IMG/VR virus record: IMGVR_UViG_3300048576_000566
Location: 1-48,447 of that record
Direction: 5' to 3' (one strand)
Source: a virus
Lineage: Duplodnaviria > Caudoviricetes
Length of the DNA: 48,447 bases
The notes beneath the pieces are model-generated. The model worked only from the letters and a program-made list of their open reading frames with translations. It was not told the origin of the DNA and made no database searches. This document shows positions 7,637 to 16,874 of this stretch, in pieces (within the stretch, counting starts at the first letter, position 1; every line of letters begins with the position of its first letter). Both the position numbers and the translations under genes were made by a program.

Positions 7637-9634
7637 ATGGGCCTGCTACAACGCGCCTTCGGCGCACTTAAAAGCGGATTCACCCTGCCCAACGAACCGG
7701 CTGACCGCTCGAGTGAAAAAGGCAAGCGCCCCACCCCGGAGAACTCGCTCAAGTACCTCTACCGCACCCTGTGGGTTGATCCCGACCTGCGCCAGGCCAT
7801 CCTCGATATCCGCGAGATGGATCGCCTCGACGGCCGGGTCAAGCGCATCCACAACCGGCTGGCGCGCGACACCGTCAAGGGCGGCCTGGTCCTGCAGCAG
7901 GCGGAGGACAACCCGCGCATCGCGCAGCTGTGGGACGACTTCTCCCGCCGCCTGCAGATCGACCGCGCCGAAAAGCTAAAATCCGACGCCCGCGGCCTCG
8001 TCATGGAGGGCAATCTGCCGCTGCAGGTCGTGCTCGACGACGCCCGCAACGTCGTCAACCTGATCCGCATGCCCTCGGAAACGATCCTGCCCAACGTCGA
8101 CGACGCCGGCCGCTTCAAGGACATCACTCGCGCCTACCTCCAGTTCGACCTCGCCACTGGCACCGAACTGGCCGCGTTCCCGCTGTGGCAGCTGTTCCTC
8201 TGCCGCTTCGACCCGGACAGCTTCGACGACATGGGCGCCCTCGGCCGGCCGTTCCTCGACGCCAACCGCTCGGTATGGCGCAAGCTCCGCATGACCGAGG
8301 AAGACCTCGTCATCCGCCGCCGCACCCGCGCCCCGCTGCGCCTGGCGCACTCACTGGAAGGCGCCACCAAGGACGAACTTGATGCCTACCAGAAAACCAT
8401 CGAGAACCGCCAGAACGAAATCACTACCGACTTCTTCCTCAACAAGAAGGGGGGCGTCACCGCGGTGCAGGGCGACAGCAACCTCGACCAGATCGAGGAC
8501 GTCGTCTACCTGCTCGACACCTTCTTCTCCGGCTCGCCGCTGCCCAAGGGCCTGATGGGCTACACCAAGGACATGGCGCGCGACATCCTGGAAGACCTGA
8601 AGCGCGACTACTACGAGGAAGTCGATTCTGTGCAGGACACCCAGGCCTACGCCTACGCCCACGCCTTCCGCCTGCAGCTGCTGCTCAAGGGCATCAACCC
8701 GGACAGCGAGGATTTCACTGTCGGCTTCGCCGAGCGGCGCACCGAGACGCCGAATCAGACCGTCGACCGAGGCCTCAAGCTGAAGGCCATGGGGCTGCCC
8801 GAAGGCATGGTCTGGGAAGAGCTCGGCTACGACGCCACCTACGTGCGCCAGCGCCGCGACTACGAGCAGAAGCACTACGACCCGTACCCCGACCCGAACG
8901 CCATCAAGTCGCCTGGTACGCCGGCGGTCAAGGTCACCCCCGGCAACGCGCCGAAGGGCGAGAGCATGACCAGCATGGGCAATAGAACGGCCTTATCCGA
9001 GTTCATATTGCTCTACGATGCCGATCAGCCTAGAGTGCCTGCGGGCAATTCAACAGGGGGACAGTGGGTGGGCGACAACCAGGAGAAGGAGTCCGACAAA
9101 CCGAGGATCAGGCTTACGGAGAAGACGGGCTTTTACGGCATGAATATTAATGTCCGGCCCCATGGCTTGGTAGATGTGGAATGGCCTGGTTTCGGCTTCT
9201 CCGACGCGCAGATTCGGGAAAAGACGAGCCTGGCCGTCATGGAACATTTTCGAGAGAAACTGCCGGAAAATACCTTCTGGCGATTTACTAACTCCGATAA
9301 CGAGATCGATCTGATCCAGCAGGGCGTGCTTCGTCCATCGAGGAATCATGCGGATAATTTCTTCGAAAAAGGGCTTTCCGTTGCGGAGGGCGCTCACTAC
9401 AGCATTCAGGGCTACAAATACGGCTACCTGATTCAAGGAAATGTGATCGGGTATGGGTCGGACGGGGAGCCTATCCTTGATCTGAAGACCTTGAAACCGG
9501 CCTCGAAACTGAAAAAATCCGCTGATATTGCGGTAGAAGACAGAAAACGGACTACCGAGCGCCTGAAAAAAGAGGGATGGACCGATGAACAATTCAGGAT
9601 GACGGTAGGCAAGCACGCAGATATCCTGAAATGA
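7637..9634 (+). CDS. Portal protein with ~215-aa lower-GC C-terminal extension
   Basis: Follows TerL; first ~450 aa portal-like in size and composition (GRPFLD motif); codon usage shifts near 8980. Confidence 0.75.
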   Translation: MGLLQRAFGALKSGFTLPNEPADRSSEKGKRPTPENSLKYLYRTLWVDPDLRQAILDIREMDRLDGRVKRIHNRLARDTVKGGLVLQQAEDNPRIAQLWDDFSRRLQIDRAEKLKSDARGLVMEGNLPLQVVLDDARNVVNLIRMPSETILPNVDDAGRFKDITRAYLQFDLATGTELAAFPLWQLFLCRFDPDSFDDMGALGRPFLDANRSVWRKLRMTEEDLVIRRRTRAPLRLAHSLEGATKDELDAYQKTIENRQNEITTDFFLNKKGGVTAVQGDSNLDQIEDVVYLLDTFFSGSPLPKGLMGYTKDMARDILEDLKRDYYEEVDSVQDTQAYAYAHAFRLQLLLKGINPDSEDFTVGFAERRTETPNQTVDRGLKLKAMGLPEGMVWEELGYDATYVRQRRDYEQKHYDPYPDPNAIKSPGTPAVKVTPGNAPKGESMTSMGNRTALSEFILLYDADQPRVPAGNSTGGQWVGDNQEKESDKPRIRLTEKTGFYGMNINVRPHGLVDVEWPGFGFSDAQIREKTSLAVMEHFREKLPENTFWRFTNSDNEIDLIQQGVLRPSRNHADNFFEKGLSVAEGAHYSIQGYKYGYLIQGNVIGYGSDGEPILDLKTLKPASKLKKSADIAVEDRKRTTERLKKEGWTDEQFRMTVGKHADILK

Positions 9635-11478
9635 TCGAGCAGGCCGCGATCAAGCGCGCCACCCTGGCCGCGCACCGCGCCGTCGAGGAACTCGATTCCG
9701 CTTCGCTGAAGGAGCTGAAGCGGATCTACGCGCAGGCCGCCGAGGACGTCGCCGCGCAGATCCGCGCGCACGCGGGCGGCGACGACACGGTCACCCTCTA
9801 CGAACTGCGCTCGCTGCTCGACCAGCTCGAAACCCGCCTGCGGCAGCTGTCGGTGGACCGCAACGCCGTCGTCGACGCCGGCCTCGACCTGGCCGCCCGG
9901 CTCGGCGCCCAGCCCTTCGCCGCCTCGGTCGACAGCCCGGCCGCGATGCGCGCGGCCGACGAGGCGCTGCGCTTCGTGCGCAACTTCGTCGCCGAGGACG
10001 GCCTGCAGCTCTCCGACCGCATCTGGCGCCTCGACCGCGGCGCGCGCGACACGCTGGTGAATGCCATCGAGCAGGCCGTCATCCAGGGCCACGGCGCCGC
10101 CGAGGCCGCACGCGATTTCCTCTCGCGCGGCCAGCCGGTGCCGCTCGACGTGCAGGCCCGGCTCGACTCGGCCAATGCCCCGCGCCTCGCCCGCGGCGCC
10201 GTCGACCAGCTGCTCACTGGACAGGGCAACCCGCTCGACAACGCCATGCGCCTGATGCGCACCGAACTCAACCGCGCGCACGGCGAGGCCTACATGATGT
10301 CCGGCGAGGATCATCCCGACTTCGCCGGATGGCGCTTCCTGCTCTCGCCGGCGCACCCCGAGCCGGACATCTGCGACCTCCTGTCCGCGCAGAACCTGCA
10401 CGGCCTCGGCCAGGGCGTCTATCCCTCGCGCGAAAAATGCCCCTGGCCCGCGCACCCCAACACCCTGTCGTTCCTGGAGATCGTGTTCAAGGACGAGATC
10501 ACCGACGCCGACCGGCAGGGCCAGGAAACGCCGCTGCAGGCCCTGGCGCGGCTCACCGCCGCGCAGCGCGCCGGCGTGCTGGGCCAGGCCAAGGCCGCCG
10601 TATACAACGCCGGGCAGCTCACCCAGGGTATGATCCGCGCCCCATGGCGGGCGGTGAAGAAGCGTATCGGCCAACCCCCGCCGCCGGCCGCGGCCAAGGC
10701 GCTGCCGAAAGTGCAAAAACCACGGAAAGACCACCTCGCGCTCGACGAGATCATCGCCCTGGGCAACACCCGCGCCGACGCGCTGATCGCCCGGGCCGCC
10801 GCCAGCGGGCGGCTCGGCGAGGCGCTTCCCGGCACCCTCCTTCAAGCCCTGCGCGCCGCCCGCACCATCGATGCCGAGGCCAAGATCGCCAACGGCGGCA
10901 AGGGCGCCGACCTGGTGCGCGCCGTCTCCCGCCTGTTCCCCGACGACTGGACGCAGGCCGCCGACCGCTTCGGCCCGCTCTACGTGCGCGGCACCGCCGG
11001 CCGCGCCTGGCACATCACCCTGCCCTCCGCCAGCGCCGGCCGTACCTTCTCGCTCAAGGGCTTTCGCTTCGTGGCCCAGGGCAACGACGGGTTGATCGCC
11101 GCCCGCGACTATAAATCCGCCCTGCACGAGTACAGCCACCGGCTGCAGCACGCGCTGCCCGCGCTCGACGACTATTTCCAGGATCTCCACCAGCGGCGCA
11201 CCGCGGGCGACCCGCTGAAACGGCTGCGCGATTTGATCCCCGGGTCCGGCTATGCTAGTAATGAGGTCACCCGGGAGGACAAGTACATCCACGTCTACCA
11301 GGGCAAGATCTACTCGGGCGGCAATCGCTACCTGGGCAAGCACGGCGCCATGGAAGTCATCACCATGGCCTTCGAAAGCGTCTTCGGCAACCGCCCCGAC
11401 GTCGTCGAAAAGCTGGTCCGGGACGACCGCGAAATGTTCAACCTGGTGCTGGGGGTGCTCTTCCACTATGTTCCGTAG
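9631..11478 (+). CDS. MuF-like minor head protein with C-terminal HExxH (zincin-like) domain
   Basis: LSDRIW, RLMRTELNRAH, DICD, PAHPN MuF motifs; C-terminal ALHEYSHRLQH...MEVITM. Confidence 0.75.
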   Translation: MIEQAAIKRATLAAHRAVEELDSASLKELKRIYAQAAEDVAAQIRAHAGGDDTVTLYELRSLLDQLETRLRQLSVDRNAVVDAGLDLAARLGAQPFAASVDSPAAMRAADEALRFVRNFVAEDGLQLSDRIWRLDRGARDTLVNAIEQAVIQGHGAAEAARDFLSRGQPVPLDVQARLDSANAPRLARGAVDQLLTGQGNPLDNAMRLMRTELNRAHGEAYMMSGEDHPDFAGWRFLLSPAHPEPDICDLLSAQNLHGLGQGVYPSREKCPWPAHPNTLSFLEIVFKDEITDADRQGQETPLQALARLTAAQRAGVLGQAKAAVYNAGQLTQGMIRAPWRAVKKRIGQPPPPAAAKALPKVQKPRKDHLALDEIIALGNTRADALIARAAASGRLGEALPGTLLQALRAARTIDAEAKIANGGKGADLVRAVSRLFPDDWTQAADRFGPLYVRGTAGRAWHITLPSASAGRTFSLKGFRFVAQGNDGLIAARDYKSALHEYSHRLQHALPALDDYFQDLHQRRTAGDPLKRLRDLIPGSGYASNEVTREDKYIHVYQGKIYSGGNRYLGKHGAMEVITMAFESVFGNRPDVVEKLVRDDREMFNLVLGVLFHYVP

Positions 11479-11815
11479 CGTTCGCCTCGAACCGCTCACC
11501 ACCCACGAGCGGCCGCTCGTCTTCGAGTGGGATACGGACTCCGGCAGCGTGCGCGGCCGGGACGCCGCCCGGGTTCGCGCCTTGGCCGAGGATGCGGCGC
11601 GCGCGCGCACGATCCTCGGCCATCCCTACCCGACCCCCTACGAGCTCGCCGACCCGCTGCGCCGCCCGGCCGAACTGGCGGTGGTGCTGGGCAACGACTG
11701 GCGGCTCGACGACTTCCTGCAGGCGGCCTATCCTGCCGCGGACGGCGACGATCTGCTGATCGAGATCGACAGCGAGGGGCAGGAACGGTCATCGGAATTT
11801 CGTCCGCTCTATTGA
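11468..11815 (+). CDS. Small acidic protein overlapping muF end (candidate immunity/partner)
   Basis: 115 aa, ATG overlaps the muF 3' end. Confidence 0.55.
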   Translation: MFRSVRLEPLTTHERPLVFEWDTDSGSVRGRDAARVRALAEDAARARTILGHPYPTPYELADPLRRPAELAVVLGNDWRLDDFLQAAYPAADGDDLLIEIDSEGQERSSEFRPLY

Positions 11816-11876
11816 TGACGTGCTACTGATCGACCACTACGTGGCATAGAACCGCGTCGGGACAAGGGAGAAAAAA

Positions 11877-12197
11877 ATGGCACTTATAAAATGCAGGGAA
11901 TGTGGGAATGAAGTCAGCGACAGCGCGAAGGCCTGTCCGAAATGTGGGGCAAAACCCCTGCAATCGAATTGGTGGATTTTGATTCTTTGCTTGGCCATTC
12001 TTATTCCGCTGGGCATCTATCTCCTCGGAAAGTCCGACCCGAAGGGAGAGGAAAAACAACACGCGCGTGATGCCATTGCGATGTGCTGGAAACAGTACGA
12101 ACGGAAATCCCTGGACCCCGCAGAAAAGCGTTTCATCGCCTCGACGTGTGAAATGATGGAACGGGACTATCAGAAGGCGTACGGTAGCCGTCCGTGA
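11877..12197 (+). CDS. Zinc-ribbon, single-TM moron protein
   Basis: MALIKCRECGNEVSDSAKACPKCG zinc ribbon plus hydrophobic helix; lower GC; own terminator. Confidence 0.75.
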   Translation: MALIKCRECGNEVSDSAKACPKCGAKPLQSNWWILILCLAILIPLGIYLLGKSDPKGEEKQHARDAIAMCWKQYERKSLDPAEKRFIASTCEMMERDYQKAYGSRP

Positions 12198-12207
12198 TTC
12201 CCCTTCG

Positions 12208-12230
12208 AACCCCGCTCCGGCGGGGTTTTT
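12208..12230 (+). terminator. Rho-independent terminator
   Basis: AACCCCGC-TCCG-GCGGGGTT followed by TTT. Confidence 0.8.
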
Positions 12231-12260
12231 GCTGGCCACCATTTCCCCTTGCCGGTAAAT

Positions 12261-12280
12261 TACTGTATAAAATTACAGTA
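12261..12280. promoter_or_regulatory. LexA (SOS) box
   Basis: TACTGTATAAAATTACAGTA fits the CTGT-N8-ACAG consensus and abuts the ATG at 12280. Confidence 0.85.
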
Positions 12281-12603
12281 TGAAATGCCGTCTTGTCGAA
12301 CTCTATACTCACGGGGTCCGCCGCGATCCTCAAGAGGTGCTGGCGGCCGAGCCGCTCGTCGGTGACCTGGTCATTGAAAACTGCCGGCGCTCGCCTCGCT
12401 GGACACGCTTGGCCGAGCTGAAGGAGCACAAGCCCGGCTACACGCGCCCGATGCTGCCGCCGCTATCCGACCCGGTGGCGGTGCGGGCCAAGCCGGGCGA
12501 CAATGGCTTCGTGCTGCGCGGATGCCAGCTCTCCGCTCGCACCGTCGACGGCGAGCCGGTCATCACCGAGTTCATTCAGGAGTGGTGGATTCGTCCCGGG
12601 TAA
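12280..12603 (+). CDS. Probably SOS-regulated hypothetical protein
   Basis: 107-aa ORF starting at the end of the LexA box; no SD, possibly leaderless. Confidence 0.65.
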   Translation: MKCRLVELYTHGVRRDPQEVLAAEPLVGDLVIENCRRSPRWTRLAELKEHKPGYTRPMLPPLSDPVAVRAKPGDNGFVLRGCQLSARTVDGEPVITEFIQEWWIRPG

Positions 12604-12609
12604 TCTCCC

Positions 12610-12657
12610 CGACATACCTCTCCCTGTTTTTGTCTTGCCCCCCGGCTGAAACTCGCC
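12610..12657 (+). promoter_or_regulatory. Putative activator-dependent late promoter, copy 2
   Basis: 38/48 identical to 739-786; upstream of the capsid operon. Confidence 0.6.
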
Positions 12658-12733
12658 CCTGACCCTTTCAGGTCGGCGCGGCGGGGGTCCAGTTCGCTCC
12701 TGCTCCCGCTGCGCGCTTTCACGCGAGGCGGGC

Positions 12734-15256
12734 ATGTCATGTAAATCACGCATCATCCGGCTGGAAGCGCCGGCCGAACGGACAGTGCGATTCCTGTCCG
12801 GACTCCATGTGCAGCTGGAGGACGGCGTCACGCGCTCCTGGGTGACCATCACCCGCACCGGCACATTCACCGATCCGCGCTATGGCAAGTTCGACATCAC
12901 GCGCGAGATGCTCCTGTCGATGGTCGCCAACTTCGAGGCCAACACCTACGGGCAGGACATCTTCGTCGACGTCGGGCACAAGCCGCAGGACGGCGCCGCG
13001 GCCAAGGTCGTCAGGCTGGCCGTCGAAGGCGACCGCCTGCGCGCGCAGGTCGAGTGGACGCCGTACGGCATCGACGCGGTGAAGAACAAGGGCATGGCCT
13101 ACCTCTCCGCCGAGTATCACGAGAATTTCCGCGACAACGAAACCGGTACCGCCCATGGATGCGTGCTCCTGGGCGCGGGGCTTGTGACCCGGCCCTGCAT
13201 CAAGCGGCTCGATCCGGTCCAGTTGAGCGAAGCGGACGCCGGCGCCAAGGGCGCGGCCGTCCTGCTGCATCCGACCCTCCTTACCGAACTTCTCTCCGAG
13301 GTCAAGAACACCATGGAAAAACATCTCAAGCAGCTGGAAGAACAACTGCGCGCCCGCAAGCTCTCCGACGCCGCGATCACCTCTATCCTGGCCGCCGCCC
13401 GGCAGGCGCTCACCGGCATGAGCGACGACGCGACGATGAAGTCGCTGTGCGACGCGCTGCTCGACGGCGCCGTGAAGCTCGCCGAAGGCTCAGCGCCGGT
13501 CATCAACATCACCGGCGGCGGCCTCACCGCCGCCGACGTCACCCGCCTCCTGGCCGAAGCCGACGCCCGGAAGGACGATGCCGCGAAGAAACTGGCCGAG
13601 ACGCTCGACGGCCACCGCAAGATCCTCGCCGACGCGATCAACGCGGCCACCGGCTTCGACGCCGAGGTCAAGGCCAAGCTGCTCGCCGACGCGGCCGAGC
13701 TCGTCACCGCCGCGATGAGCGCCGACCAGGTCAAGCGCCTGGCCGAGCACATGGTGCGCGTCGGCAACGATCTTGTCGTCGCCCGCCAGCTCTCCGCGCA
13801 GGGCTACCGCATCGCCGGCACCGCGCACATCACGGTCGACGACTCCAACTCCATCAAGGCGCTGCAGGAAGCCGTCGACAAGCGCCTGCGCCTGTCGCCG
13901 CCGAAGGATTCGGCGAACAAGGAACTGGTCGACGCCGCGCTGGCGCTCTACGACGCCGAGCACGCCGCCCAGCTGCACCGCGAGCACAAGCAGCTCGCCG
14001 GCGGCGACGGCATCATCTCCGACGTCTCGGTGCCGGCCGCCTTCGAGCGCACGGTGATCCGCGAGGCCTTGTACCCGCTCGTCGCCCTGCAGTTCGTGAA
14101 CGTCGGCACCGCCGAATTCGGCGGCTCGCTGCAGATCCCGTACAGCTACCGCGACACCACGGCCGCCGGACGCGACGCCACGCGCAAGTACGAGGGCCAG
14201 GGCATCGCCCGCGCCGGCATCAAGCAGGCGATGGATACCGCCTACCCGCTGCCGCAGAAGCTCGCCTTCGAGGTCTCGGACGAACTGCGCTACCTCACCG
14301 CCACGGGCCGCATCGATTTCGAGGCCGTCGCCGAGAACGTGCGCAACGCCGCGCGCATCATCGGCGAGGACACCGAGCGCCTGCTGCTCAACGAGATGGT
14401 CAACGCCGGCGATGAATTCGCGGTGACCACCGTGGCCACCGAGACGCTCACCTCGCAAGTCAACGGCACCAACAAGGTCTTCGTCCTGGCCAACTTCCCG
14501 GTGGTCAAGCCGCGCAAGATCTTCGACCTGCAGGGCAACCAGGTCGGCAGCACGGCCAACCCGATCACCGTCACGCTCAACAGCGTGGCACGCAACGAGT
14601 ACGACGGCACCGGTACGCAAGCCGCCGGCACCTACTGGACGATGGACTATAACCTCGGCGAACTGCGCTTCGTCACCGAGGCCGGCGTGGCGGTCGCGCC
14701 GACGAGCGGCTGGGCGCTGGTGGTCGGCTACGGCTACACCACCAACGTCTACAAGTTCGACACCGATCTCGGCTCGCTCACCGCCGGCGCCAAGTGGGAC
14801 GACTTTCTCTACCGCTACGGCCTGCGCCGCTCGGTGCTGGAAGACCAGCGCTTCTACCGCGCCAACTTCGGCCTGATGGCCGGCACCATCCACGAGATGA
14901 TCCTGCTGGCCAACCAGTACAAAGCCTCGGACGCTCGCGGCCAGACCGCGGTCAACGCCGCCGGCGACCTGGGCCCGGTCCGCAGCGTGCCGAACTACAA
15001 GAGCTTCGCCCCCGGGCTGCAGCTGGCGGACACGCGCGTGCTGATCGGCGAGCGCGCCAACACCCGCTACCGCATGGCCAAGCCCTGGGCCATGGGCGAG
15101 TTGCAGGACCAGCACGACAGCAACGGCCGCTTCACCGGCAAGAAGGAAGCGTACGGCGACCAGTTCGTCTTCCTGCACACGCCGGCGCCGCTGAAGGGCT
15201 GCTACACCAGCGTCGTGCTGTATTCCGCCACGGGCCGCGTGGCCCGCGCCGCGTAA
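12734..15256 (+). CDS. Fused prohead protease-scaffold-major capsid protein
   Basis: N-terminal Mu I-like protease (VDVGH, VEWTPYG, YLSAEY, LLGAGLVTRP); Ala-rich helical middle; capsid-like C-terminal half. Confidence 0.75.
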   Translation: MSCKSRIIRLEAPAERTVRFLSGLHVQLEDGVTRSWVTITRTGTFTDPRYGKFDITREMLLSMVANFEANTYGQDIFVDVGHKPQDGAAAKVVRLAVEGDRLRAQVEWTPYGIDAVKNKGMAYLSAEYHENFRDNETGTAHGCVLLGAGLVTRPCIKRLDPVQLSEADAGAKGAAVLLHPTLLTELLSEVKNTMEKHLKQLEEQLRARKLSDAAITSILAAARQALTGMSDDATMKSLCDALLDGAVKLAEGSAPVINITGGGLTAADVTRLLAEADARKDDAAKKLAETLDGHRKILADAINAATGFDAEVKAKLLADAAELVTAAMSADQVKRLAEHMVRVGNDLVVARQLSAQGYRIAGTAHITVDDSNSIKALQEAVDKRLRLSPPKDSANKELVDAALALYDAEHAAQLHREHKQLAGGDGIISDVSVPAAFERTVIREALYPLVALQFVNVGTAEFGGSLQIPYSYRDTTAAGRDATRKYEGQGIARAGIKQAMDTAYPLPQKLAFEVSDELRYLTATGRIDFEAVAENVRNAARIIGEDTERLLLNEMVNAGDEFAVTTVATETLTSQVNGTNKVFVLANFPVVKPRKIFDLQGNQVGSTANPITVTLNSVARNEYDGTGTQAAGTYWTMDYNLGELRFVTEAGVAVAPTSGWALVVGYGYTTNVYKFDTDLGSLTAGAKWDDFLYRYGLRRSVLEDQRFYRANFGLMAGTIHEMILLANQYKASDARGQTAVNAAGDLGPVRSVPNYKSFAPGLQLADTRVLIGERANTRYRMAKPWAMGELQDQHDSNGRFTGKKEAYGDQFVFLHTPAPLKGCYTSVVLYSATGRVARAA

Positions 15257-15276
15257 CTCCCGCCGTCCCCCGGCTT

Positions 15277-15303
15277 GCCCCGGCCTTCGGGCCGGGGCCT
15301 TTT
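15277..15303 (+). terminator. Hairpin terminator/attenuator after capsid gene
   Basis: GCCCCGGCC-TTCG-GGCCGGGGC then CTTTT. Confidence 0.7.
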
Positions 15304-15324
15304 CCCGACCGACAGGAGCGCACG

Positions 15325-15708
15325 ATGCAAAAAACCATCACCAACAACGGCTGCGGCCCGCTGTACGTGGGCGGCCGCATGATTCCCCCGGGCGAGTCGC
15401 TGGTCTTCGAGGAGGCCGAGCTGCCGCCCGAACACCGCGCCGCGCCGGAACCCGAACCCGAGGCGCCGCCGCCCGACCGCCTCGCCGAGATCGCCGGCCT
15501 CGCCGTCAAGGTCGTCATCCCGATCCTGGCCGACCTCTCCGACGAGGACCTGGCGCGCCTCAAGGCCATCGAAGAGGCCGGGCAGAAGCGCAAGTCCCTG
15601 CTCGCCGAGATCGCCGCGGTCACGCTCGACCGCGCCGCGAAGACGCTGGACGCCGCGCAGGACCCCGTCACGCCACCGCCGGCCGGCCCTGAAAGCCCCG
15701 CGGAGTAG
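15325..15708 (+). CDS. Small head-region protein
   Basis: AGGAG SD; 127 aa; C-terminal L.AIEEAG.KRKSLL motif common after capsid genes. Confidence 0.65.
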   Translation: MQKTITNNGCGPLYVGGRMIPPGESLVFEEAELPPEHRAAPEPEPEAPPPDRLAEIAGLAVKVVIPILADLSDEDLARLKAIEEAGQKRKSLLAEIAAVTLDRAAKTLDAAQDPVTPPPAGPESPAE

Positions 15709-15711
15709 GCC

Positions 15712-16335
15712 ATGTCCGGAACGATGAGCCGCGCCGACCTGGTAGCCGACCTCAAGGCGTCGCTGCACGACGCCGCCGAGGTGTTCACGGCCGCCGGCGG
15801 GGCGGACTTCGCCCGACTGCTCGACCTCGCCGCGCTGGACTTCGCGCGCCCGCGCCCGCGCACGCTGATCGGCAGCGTGCTACTCACCGCCGGCACCGCC
15901 GACTACGCCCTGCCGGACGACTTCCACGCCTACAAGACCGACCTGTGGATCGATCCCGGGCGTGCCGGCAAGCCCTGGGAGAAGCACTACGCCGGCCCCG
16001 CGCCCCGGATCGCCGTGGCCTTCATCGACGGCGTGCAGCGGCTGATCTTCTTCCCGGCGCCGACCTGGGAACAGATCGCCGCCTGGGGCAGCGCTTTCCG
16101 TTACTACTACTTCGCCCGTCACCTCATCGGCGAGGCAGCCGCTCAGACCACCCTCGACGCCGGCGACCGCGGCCTGCTGCTGCTGCGCGCCCAGGCCGAG
16201 GCCATGCGCGAGCTCGCCATGCGCAACATCGGCAAGCCCGTGGCGCTGCGCGACGGCCTCAACAGCGCGCCGCGCAACGGCACGCCCGCGGCGCTCTACC
16301 AAGCGCTGCTCGACGAATTCAGGGCGGCGGCATGA
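15712..16335 (+). CDS. Head-tail adaptor/connector-like protein
   Basis: Synteny; DYALPDDF motif. Confidence 0.6.
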   Translation: MSGTMSRADLVADLKASLHDAAEVFTAAGGADFARLLDLAALDFARPRPRTLIGSVLLTAGTADYALPDDFHAYKTDLWIDPGRAGKPWEKHYAGPAPRIAVAFIDGVQRLIFFPAPTWEQIAAWGSAFRYYYFARHLIGEAAAQTTLDAGDRGLLLLRAQAEAMRELAMRNIGKPVALRDGLNSAPRNGTPAALYQALLDEFRAAA

Positions 16336-16874
16336 CCGGCATCACCGTCAAGGTCGATCACGCCCGCGCCGTCGCCGCGTTCAGGAAGGCGCCGGAGGTG
16401 ATGCACCGGCACGTCGACGCGGGGCTCTCGCGCGGCGCGCAGGAAGTGGCAAACGAGGCCAGGACGCTGGCACCGAAGCTCTTTTCGACGCTCACCAATT
16501 CGATCTTGGCAAGCCAGGTCGGGCCGTTGCACTGGCGCGTGCAGCCGGGCGTCAATTACGCGAGAGACGTTGAGGAAGGCACTGGCCCAGCCGCAGGCCG
16601 GTCGCGGTATTACCCCAATCCCGAGGCCTTGCAGCAGTACATCATGCTCTCGCCGAAGATGCGCGGACACAAATGGGCGAAGCCCGGTAGCCGGGCTCGT
16701 GGGGAGCAGGAGCTCAATATCTGGTTCCGTGCGCGGGCGTTGGCCTGGTACATCTACGCGCACGGCACCAAACCGCAGCCGTACATGGCGCCTGCGGTCG
16801 AAGCCAAACGCAGCCGAGTTATCGACCTGGTGCGCGAAGCGGCTGCCCGTGGCGCCCGGGAGGTGATGGCATGA
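16332..16874 (+). CDS. HK97 gp10-like neck protein
   Basis: AP...STLTNSI, NYARDVEEGT and HGTKPQPYMAPA motifs. Confidence 0.75.
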   Translation: MTGITVKVDHARAVAAFRKAPEVMHRHVDAGLSRGAQEVANEARTLAPKLFSTLTNSILASQVGPLHWRVQPGVNYARDVEEGTGPAAGRSRYYPNPEALQQYIMLSPKMRGHKWAKPGSRARGEQELNIWFRARALAWYIYAHGTKPQPYMAPAVEAKRSRVIDLVREAAARGAREVMA

